Assembly (NCBI GenBank): GCA_905205065.1
Contig: CAJLCI010000013.1
Span: 1-52,381 of the forward strand
Source of the DNA: an uncultured Eubacteriales bacterium
GTDB lineage: Bacteria > Bacillota > Clostridia > Oscillospirales > CAG-272
Direction of reading: 5' to 3'
DNA length: 52,381 nt
A model generated the notes under the pieces. It made no database searches. It saw only the letters and a program-made list of their open reading frames with translations, and had not been told where the DNA came from. Positions 44,769-52,381 of this stretch are shown here, piece by piece. The translations under genes were made by a program, and so were the position numbers. Positions within the stretch are counted from its first letter, which is position 1. Each line of letters starts with the position of its first letter.

Positions 44769-46811
44769 ATGGCGAAAACCGAAATTAACAGCAGTGAGAC
44801 AGAAGTAAAAAAGCAGAGAAACTCTTCCTATGATAACAGAAGTATCTCTGCGCTCAAGGGAGCTGACCGCGTCCGCAAACGTCCGGCGGTAATCTTTGGT
44901 TCGGACGGCCTCGAAGGTTGTGAACACTCTGTTTTCGAAATTCTTTCTAACGCTGTGGACGAAGCTCGGGAAGGTTTTGGTGATGAAATCAAAATGACCG
45001 TTTATCTTGATAATTCGATTGAGGTCGACGATCACGGACGCGGAGTCCCGCTTGGCTATAATGAACCGGAAGGCCGCTATAACTGGGAGCTTATTTATTG
45101 TGAGTTGTATGCAGGTGGAAAGTACGATAATAATTCGGAAAATTCAAGCTATGAATATTCACTTGGTTTGAACGGACTTGGCGCCTGTGCGACGCAGTGC
45201 AGCTCTGAATATATGAACGTTAAGTCATATGACGGAAAAAGTGTATATGAAATTTCATTTGAAAAAGGCGAGCCTGTAACCGGACTTTCCGAGACAGAAC
45301 TGCCGCGCGGTCAGAGACGTACCGGAACGGTTATTCGCTGGAAGCCCGATATTGATGTTTTTACAGATATAAATATACCGCACGAGTATTTCAAAGAGCT
45401 CCTGCACAAGCAATCTGTTGTAAATTCCGGTGTTAAGTTCGTATTGCTTTTGGAGCAGGCAGATGGCAGCTTTGAGGAGAGCGAGTATCTTTATAAAAAC
45501 GGAATTATCGATTATATTTCAGAGCTTGCAGGGGACAATACTCTGACGGCTCCCGTGGTTTGGCATCATGAGACGGCTGGAAGGGACAGGGAAGATAAAA
45601 AAGACTACAAGTTAAAATTTGATGTTGCTTTCTGTATTTCCAATACGGTAAAGATTATTGAATATTACCATAATTCCAGTTTTCTTGAGCATGGAGGTTC
45701 TCCGGACAGAGCGGTTAAAAACGCTTTTGTTTTCTCTGTTGACAGATATTTGAAGGCAAATGGAAAATACAATAAAAATGAGAGCAAAATAACATTTCAG
45801 GATATTGAAGACTGCCTTGTGCTTGTTACAAACAGTTTTTCAACTGAGACTTCATATGCAAACCAGACAAAAAAAGCTATTACCAATACCTTTATTGCAG
45901 ATGCAATGACAAAATTTCTAAAGCATCAGCTTGAAGTTTATTTTGCGGAACGTCCTGTTGAAGCGGAACGTTTTACAGGACAAGTGCTTGTAAACAAGCG
46001 CAGCCGTGAAAAAGCGGAGGTTACTCGTCTCGATCTTAAGAAAAAGTTAAGTTCGGGCATGGATATTGCCAATCGTGTTGAAAAATTTGTAAACTGTCGG
46101 TCTAAGGATCCGGAGCGACGGGAGTTGTATATAGTTGAGGGCGATTCCGCTTTGACATCGGTTAAATTGGGCAGAGACGCTGATTTTCAGGCGGTGATGC
46201 CTGTACGGGGAAAGACACTTAACTGCCAGAGCAGTTCATACGATAAAATCTTTAAAAGCGAGGTTATACTAAATCTTTTGCGTGTAATCGGCTGCGGAGT
46301 TGAAATAAAAACCAAATCTAAGGATATGGTGCCGTTTGATCTTAGCGCACTTCGCTGGAATAAAATTATTATATGTACTGATGCCGATAAAGATGGTTAT
46401 CATATCAGAACTCTTTTACTGACTCTTTTTCGCAGACTTCTTCCTACTCTGCTCAGGGAAAAGAAGGTTTATATAGCTGAATCGCCTCTCTATGAAATTG
46501 TTTGCCGGGATAAGTCTTACTTTGCTTATAATGAAAAAGAAAAAATAGAAATAATCAATAAGCTGGGCAGTTCGAAATACACCGTTCAGCGTTCGAAGGG
46601 GCTTGGCGAAAACGAGCCGGAAATGATGCGCCAGACTACAATGGATCCGGCAACAAGACGGCTTATTTTAGTAACCCCTACGGATGAGATTCAGACAGAC
46701 TGGATTTTTGAGACTCTTCTCGGAGATGATATCGTGTCACGAAAGGCCTTTATTACCGAGCATGGTTCGGAATATATAAGTGATATTGACCGTTCCGGGG
46801 ATGATTTTTAA
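44769..46811 (+). CDS. Type IIA DNA topoisomerase subunit B (GyrB/ParE family), divergent with insertions
   Basis: Start set at MAKTEINSSE with RBS GGAAAGGA. GHKL ATPase block EILSNAVDEA...DDHGRGVP. Toprim YIVEGDSA and PVRGKTLN. C-terminal IIICTDADKDGYHIRTLLLT. Confidence 0.75.
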   Translation: MAKTEINSSETEVKKQRNSSYDNRSISALKGADRVRKRPAVIFGSDGLEGCEHSVFEILSNAVDEAREGFGDEIKMTVYLDNSIEVDDHGRGVPLGYNEPEGRYNWELIYCELYAGGKYDNNSENSSYEYSLGLNGLGACATQCSSEYMNVKSYDGKSVYEISFEKGEPVTGLSETELPRGQRRTGTVIRWKPDIDVFTDINIPHEYFKELLHKQSVVNSGVKFVLLLEQADGSFEESEYLYKNGIIDYISELAGDNTLTAPVVWHHETAGRDREDKKDYKLKFDVAFCISNTVKIIEYYHNSSFLEHGGSPDRAVKNAFVFSVDRYLKANGKYNKNESKITFQDIEDCLVLVTNSFSTETSYANQTKKAITNTFIADAMTKFLKHQLEVYFAERPVEAERFTGQVLVNKRSREKAEVTRLDLKKKLSSGMDIANRVEKFVNCRSKDPERRELYIVEGDSALTSVKLGRDADFQAVMPVRGKTLNCQSSSYDKIFKSEVILNLLRVIGCGVEIKTKSKDMVPFDLSALRWNKIIICTDADKDGYHIRTLLLTLFRRLLPTLLREKKVYIAESPLYEIVCRDKSYFAYNEKEKIEIINKLGSSKYTVQRSKGLGENEPEMMRQTTMDPATRRLILVTPTDEIQTDWIFETLLGDDIVSRKAFITEHGSEYISDIDRSGDDF

Positions 46812-46974
46812 ATATTTATTTGGGCGGCAATATATTTTGCCGCCCAAGTGACTCCTGGATATAATATATATTGTATGCATTGAATTTTTAAGTAATTGTA
46901 TTAATTTTTTTACAAACTTATACTTTACAAATAGGAAAATAAATGATATAATAAACATTATAGTTTAAAAATTT

Positions 46975-47051
46975 CTGCCCGTAGCTCAGTTGGATAGAGT
47001 ACCGGATTCCGATTCCGTTGGTCGCAGGTTCGAATCCTGTTGGGCAGGCCA
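46975..47051 (+). tRNA. tRNA-Arg (anticodon CCG), CCA encoded
   Basis: Cloverleaf folded by hand. Acceptor CTGCCCG/TGGGCAG, D-arm GCTC-AGTTGGATA-GAGT, anticodon arm CCGGA-TTCCGAT-TCCGT (one C-U mismatch at 27-43), T-arm GCAGG-TTCGAAT-CCTGT, discriminator G, CCA. Confidence 0.65.
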
Positions 47052-47056
47052 AAGAA

Positions 47057-47080
47057 AAAGTCGCATAGCGGCTTTTTTTG
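47057..47080 (+). terminator. Intrinsic terminator after tRNA-Arg
   Basis: AAGTCGC-ATA-GCGGCTT stem (one G-U) followed by TTTTTTGTATTC. Confidence 0.5.
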
Positions 47081-47223
47081 TATTCTTCACTCTTCTCTTC
47101 TCGTTTTTCTCTCTCCTCTAAAGAAAACAAGCGACTTTTCCAGTGAAGAGAGAAGAGAAAAGGTGGCTTTGCTCCGAAAAGCAATTGATTTTGGATATGT
47201 GTTGTGTTATACTTTATAGAAGG

Positions 47224-47590
47224 GTGATAATAACGAACAGTCTGCGTCTTGACAAATCTTTTGATTTCGCAACAAGAATAGTTTTGTTTTATGAGAGTAT
47301 TCAAAATCAAGGAGGGACGCAACAATAGCCAAACAACTACTTCGCTCTGCAACAAGTGTCGGTGCAAACATAAATGAGGCCGTTTGCGGAAGTAGCAAAG
47401 CAGATTTTATTTCAAAGCTGCATATTTTGCTTAAAGAAACAAGTGAAAGTATTTATTGGCTTACTTTATTAGACAGAACAAAGTTAATAGATTACGACTT
47501 TTCAAGCCTGCTTTCACTTGCCGAAAAAATTAAGAAAATGCTGACTTCATCAATCAGCACCGCAAAATTGGGGGAAGACTCAGATGGCTG
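47224..47590 (+). pseudogene. Four-helix-bundle protein (PF05635, 23S rRNA intervening-sequence protein family) interrupted by a frameshift
   Basis: The N-terminal frame gives ...LRLDKSFDFATRIVLFYESIQNQ and then a stop. Another frame continues with IAKQLLRSATSVGANINEAVCGSSKADFISKLHILLKETSESIYWLTLLDRTKL... up to the TGA at 47588-47590. Together they match the family, but only across the shift near 47310. Confidence 0.5.
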
Positions 47591-48024
47591 AAATATTATA
47601 TCATTATAACGGGAAACATATAAAGCAAGATGATACGGATGTGCGCTGGTTGTCGCGAAATGATCTTGAAATATTCAATCATCATTTACTTATTTGCGGA
47701 CAAAAAACTTTAGCGAGAGATGTATGGAATCAAATATATGATGACGGTACAATATACTGTATGCTTTTTTTGGATGAAATGCCTGTTGCACGGGCTTGCG
47801 TTGAAAAATATTCAGAAACGATGTGGGAAATTGCCGATGTCCGTGTTGCGAAAGACCGTCGAAACAAGGGGTGTGCTTTTAAAGTATGCTCGTTCGTATT
47901 AAACTATATTTTGGAGCAAGACAGAACTGCGACCATAAGAACTGAGGAAGATAATTATTATATGCAAAGGGTAATTAAAAAGTTAGGCTTTGTTTCTCAA
48001 AATATTGCCTTTATTAAACATTAG
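47584..48024 (+). CDS. GNAT-family N-acetyltransferase
   Basis: 146 aa. WEIADVRVAKDRRNKGCA acetyl-CoA-binding-like block. Confidence 0.5.
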   Translation: MAEILYHYNGKHIKQDDTDVRWLSRNDLEIFNHHLLICGQKTLARDVWNQIYDDGTIYCMLFLDEMPVARACVEKYSETMWEIADVRVAKDRRNKGCAFKVCSFVLNYILEQDRTATIRTEEDNYYMQRVIKKLGFVSQNIAFIKH

Positions 48025-48125
48025 CGAATTATTTCGTTTGCATATATAATGTTGAGAAAAGACATCGCAGGAAACTATCGAAAAACTAAAGCGTTTGGGG
48101 TGTTTGTCTTTTCGTGGAATAAGCA

Positions 48126-48164
48126 CAAAAAACTCCAAGTACATTGACTTGGAGTTTTTTTAAA
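48126..48164. terminator. Bidirectional terminator-like hairpin AAAAAACTCCAAGT...ACTTGGAGTTTTTTT. A near-identical copy lies at 49886-49924
   Basis: 9-bp stem with A-run and T-run flanks. 35 of about 40 nt are shared with the second copy. Confidence 0.55.
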
Positions 48165-48336
48165 AATTCGCTTTTTGGTGAGTGAGATATTTTTGCTATG
48201 AAATAAACTGGAGTGTATGAGAAATTTGGCTTGCACCCGATTGTTAAGAGGTAAATTTTATTTCACATTTTGCTTAAGTAAAATATTTCACTGAAATTTC
48301 CTCCTCGCACATTTTCTTTGATATGGTATAAAGCTA

Positions 48337-48368
48337 AAAGCAAGACTGAAATTCAGTCTTGCTTTTGA
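48337..48368. terminator. Perfect hairpin AAAGCAAGACTGA-AAT-TCAGTCTTGCTTT downstream of the XRE regulator gene
   Basis: 13-bp perfect stem with T-runs on both strands. Confidence 0.6.
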
Positions 48369-48428
48369 TTGTTTTTTGGAATGCTGCTTTGTCAATTTAA
48401 CTTTTTATTTTAATCTTAGAAAGTAAAA

Positions 48429-48746
48429 TTACTTTTCTGCAAGCTTGTTTATAAGCGTTTCTATAATTAAATAATCGTCACTAGACAAATTAGAGAGTTT
48501 ATCCAAAAGGGCAGATTTCTCATTTAAATTCTTGTTGCCTGTTAGTATATAATCAGTGCTTACACCTAAAATCTGTGATAAATTTACAAGATTATTTATT
48601 TTAATCGCTTTGTTGCCACGTTCAAGATTGGATATCATTTGTATTGACACATTCATTTTTTCAGCTAACTGTTCTTGTGTAATGTTATTTCGCCTGCGCT
48701 CTACTGAAATACGATTTCCAATTTCTGCTAAATCTATCTGTAGCAT
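48429..48746 (-). CDS. XRE-family helix-turn-helix transcriptional regulator
   Basis: ITQEQLAEKMNVSIQMISNLERGNKAIKINNLVNLSQILGVS matches the Cro/C1-type HTH. Confidence 0.7.
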   Translation of the reverse strand: MLQIDLAEIGNRISVERRRNNITQEQLAEKMNVSIQMISNLERGNKAIKINNLVNLSQILGVSTDYILTGNKNLNEKSALLDKLSNLSSDDYLIIETLINKLAEK

Positions 48747-48941
48747 AACCTAACTCCTTAATCATACCTACAAATATTATACGTACAATTATTATATTGC
48801 ATTTATAGGTCAATATTAACAACCTAAGGGTTGATAAATTTAAACTGTGGGTGTATAATATTAACACTGAGTTTAAGGAGAATATAAAAACTTGTTGAGG
48901 TTGTTCAATAAGTTACTGTTCGAAAAGGAGGACAAGTCTAA

Positions 48942-49379
48942 ATGAAAAGTAAAACTCTTTTGATATCGAGTATTTTAGCATCGTTATATAGCATAGTGAT
49001 ATCAGAGATCCTTATAGGGCTTATGATAATTGATGTCAATAGTCAAAAAATTATAAATATAGGGGACTTTTTTTGGAATTTACTTTTTAAAATTTTAAAG
49101 ATGGATGAATCTATTTTAAGTATAGATTTATCTATTTTATATGCAGTAAGATTTTTGCTTTTGATACATATAGGTTTATTTGTCATAGGGAGCATAGTTT
49201 CTTTGGTTGCTTATGCGGCAAGAAAGGATATTGTTGCTATAGTTGCAGCTGTAATATTTTTTATTGCTACTGTCTGCTTACCTTGCTCACCAATTTGTCT
49301 TGTTTTCGCAATTCCGATTACAGTGCTTGCTTTTATAGGAGCCAGTAACCAAAAAGAACTTAATAAAAAAGAAAATTAA
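48942..49379 (+). CDS. Small membrane protein, hypothetical (4 TM)
   Basis: 145 aa, very hydrophobic. RBS AAAAGGAGGA upstream. Confidence 0.4.
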   Translation: MKSKTLLISSILASLYSIVISEILIGLMIIDVNSQKIINIGDFFWNLLFKILKMDESILSIDLSILYAVRFLLLIHIGLFVIGSIVSLVAYAARKDIVAIVAAVIFFIATVCLPCSPICLVFAIPITVLAFIGASNQKELNKKEN

Positions 49380-49397
49380 AAATCGGAGTAAATAGTA

Positions 49398-49802
49398 ATG
49401 GAAGATAATACAACAACACAAGAGGTAAAAACAAAATTTTGCAAACATTGCGGTGGTAAAATACCTAAAGACGCTATTCTATGTACACTTTATGGCAGAC
49501 AAGTAGAGGAAATTAAATCTAAAACGGAGAAACCGAGCATTGTTATCAACAATGACAACAATAATGTTAATACAAATTCTAATATTGCCCAAAATGGGGC
49601 TATGGGTTATGGCTGACCGAAAAATAAATGGGTTGCACTTCTTTTGTGCTTTTTCTTAGGCTGTTTTGGCCGACATAAGTTTTATGAATGAAAGGCAGGG
49701 ATGGGTGTATTATATATATTTACTGTCGGACTTTTTGGAATAGGTGTAATTGTTGATTTTATTACTATTTTATTTAGACCTAATCCATACTTTGTTTATT
49801 GA
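49398..49802 (+). pseudogene. Zinc-ribbon / TM2-domain protein gene interrupted by two in-frame TGA codons
   Basis: One continuous frame reads MEDNTT...FCKHCGGKIPKDAILCTLYG...MGYG*PKNKWVALLLCFFLGCFGRHKFYE*KAGMGVLYIFTVGLFGIGVIVDFITILF...*. The TM2 consensus (A.LL.FLGGFG.HRFY.GK.G.G.LYL.T.GLFGIGWI.D) is recognisable across both stops. The second Cys of the second zinc knuckle is replaced by Tyr. Confidence 0.55.
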
Positions 49803-49885
49803 TTTGATTTCTAACAAATGAACATGATAGTGGCGTTTAAGTTTGCGCTCACATTTTATGGCTTTTAAAAACAGACAGCGAAACT

Positions 49886-49924
49886 AAAAAAACTCCGAGT
49901 TTATAACTTGGAGTTTTTTTAAAA
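49886..49924. terminator. Second copy of the terminator-like hairpin AAAAAACTCCGAGT...ACTTGGAGTTTTTTT
   Basis: Near-identical to 48126-48164. Together the two copies bracket the XRE / membrane / TM2-pseudogene segment. Confidence 0.55.
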
Positions 49925-50147
49925 TTTTGTTTTTAAAGAATAATAAAAATGCTTTCGGTTTAAATATACCTTATAAATGTAAGAGATAATTTTATTTTAT
50001 ATAAATTAATTTTAGTCAGTGAGAACGTATAACCATTTTATCATCTATATTTTTGGAGCAAATATTATTTTAAAAAACTGTTATATGAAATTGCAAAAGT
50101 ATTAAAGCATTCAATATTTTGATATATGAGGAAATAAGAATTAAGCA

Positions 50148-51431
<1,284 letters not shown>

Positions 51432-51562
51432 TTATTATGCCTTTCATATACTTGAATTTTTGCTCGGCTCGAACTGCTCCGGGCAAATTGTTTCGGAATG
51501 ACAGATGAATTTTGCCGTAGTACAGCAACTGTAGCTAATATTATGATATTTCCTCGGTCTCT

Positions 51563-52381
51563 TTATTTTTCGGCCATTTCTATTAGTTCAGCTTCGTCTA
51601 TTATCTTAATTCCGAGCTTCTCTGCTTTATCGAGCTTGCTTCCAGCTTTGTTACCTGCGACGACGAAGTTTGTATTTTTTGAAACTGATGCTGATATTTT
51701 TCCTCCGAGGCTTTTGATAATATCGGAGGCTTCTGTTCTGGAAAGCGACGGGAGAGTACCGGTCAGAACAAAAGTAAGTCCATCAAACACGGAGCCAGAT
51801 TTCGTTATTTTATCAGAGTTTGTCCGGACACCGCAGGCCGACAGCTCGTTTATCAGAAGTTTTGTCTGAGAATGTGAGAAAAAATTTATGATATTGCGGG
51901 CGGTGATGTCACCGATGTCATTAATTTCAGTAAGGGCTTCTTCATCTGCGTCAAACAAATCCGATATATCATCAAATTTTTCGGCAAGCGTCTGCGCAGC
52001 CGCTGTCCCTACCTGTCTGATTCCGAGCGCATAGATAAGTCGGGCTGCTCCCCTGTCTTTTGATTTTTCAATAGCCGATATCAGATTTGCAGCGGACGTT
52101 TTTCCCATTCTTTCAAGCGGTTCAATTTGTTCTGCCCTAAGCTTGTAAATGTCAGATATTCCTTTTATAAGTCCGGCCGAAAGAAGGGTTTTGATTATGC
52201 TCGGCCCCATGCCGTCAATGTTCATCGCGTCGCGGGAAGCGAAATGTATAAGTGTTCGTTCAAGTTGAGCCGGGCATTCTGAATTTGTGCAAACTACTGC
52301 GGCAGTATCAGGCTCTCTGAATACAGGCTCTCCGCATGAAGGACACAACTCAGGCATTTTAAAAGGAACAGACCCTTCCGG
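51563..52381 (-). CDS. ligA: NAD-dependent DNA ligase LigA, C-terminal part (zinc finger, HhH, BRCT). The gene continues beyond the window end
   Basis: PFKMPELCPSCGEPV...C Cys4 zinc finger, HhH motifs (LGIRQVGTAAAQTLAEKF) and a BRCT-like tail. The frame stays open through position 52381. Confidence 0.75.
   Translation of the reverse strand, partial: PEGSVPFKMPELCPSCGEPVFREPDTAAVVCTNSECPAQLERTLIHFASRDAMNIDGMGPSIIKTLLSAGLIKGISDIYKLRAEQIEPLERMGKTSAANLISAIEKSKDRGAARLIYALGIRQVGTAAAQTLAEKFDDISDLFDADEEALTEINDIGDITARNIINFFSHSQTKLLINELSACGVRTNSDKITKSGSVFDGLTFVLTGTLPSLSRTEASDIIKSLGGKISASVSKNTNFVVAGNKAGSKLDKAEKLGIKIIDEAELIEMAEK

Noticed and set aside
49398-49802. Genetic-code reassignment of TGA (for example to Gly, code 25, or Trp, code 4) for the whole contig
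   Set aside because: Many well-supported genes in the window terminate at TGA at the expected length (ferredoxin 14283-14456, beta-helix protein at 4155, four-helix-bundle gene at 47590). The organism therefore uses TGA as a stop. The TM2 gene is more likely a pseudogene.

Overview
The window is low-GC, Firmicutes/Clostridia-like chromosomal DNA, probably from a gut-type anaerobe. Positions 1-49 are an Illumina TruSeq indexed adapter fused to the contig end. About 44 genes sit on both strands. Housekeeping genes: yajC, ttcA-like, divergent type IIA topoisomerase A and B subunit genes 37 kb apart, holB-ricT...trmN6-rsmI synteny, murI, obg, partial ligA, queG-like, tRNA-Arg. Carbohydrate genes: GH95 fucosidase, GH36-like enzyme, an (alpha/alpha)6 glycoside hydrolase, fruK/pfkB kinase, sugar-phosphate isomerase, ASRT-like protein. 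Other notable content: an FMN riboswitch in front of ribU; an ABC transporter of the COG2984/COG4120/COG1101 type; a relQ plus AI-2E transporter operon; a putative H2-sensing [FeFe]-hydrogenase cluster (2Fe-2S ferredoxin, HydS-like PAS hydrogenase, PP2C phosphatase, HydA-like M2 hydrogenase); a three-gene zinc-ribbon / TPM / SPFH-zinc-ribbon membrane module; and a small tRNA-proximal islet with pseudogenes. The most striking signal is a co-oriented, roughly 90-170 nt dispersed repeat family with at least 7 copies. All are intergenic, share conserved motifs and have variable but self-complementary stems. Two copies abut AT/GC-mixed tandem mini-repeat arrays, and one sits between an FMN riboswitch terminator and the ribU start codon. 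A consensus-promoter ferredoxin mini-gene, flanked by AT-rich tandem repeat arrays, replaces the usual yabA position.
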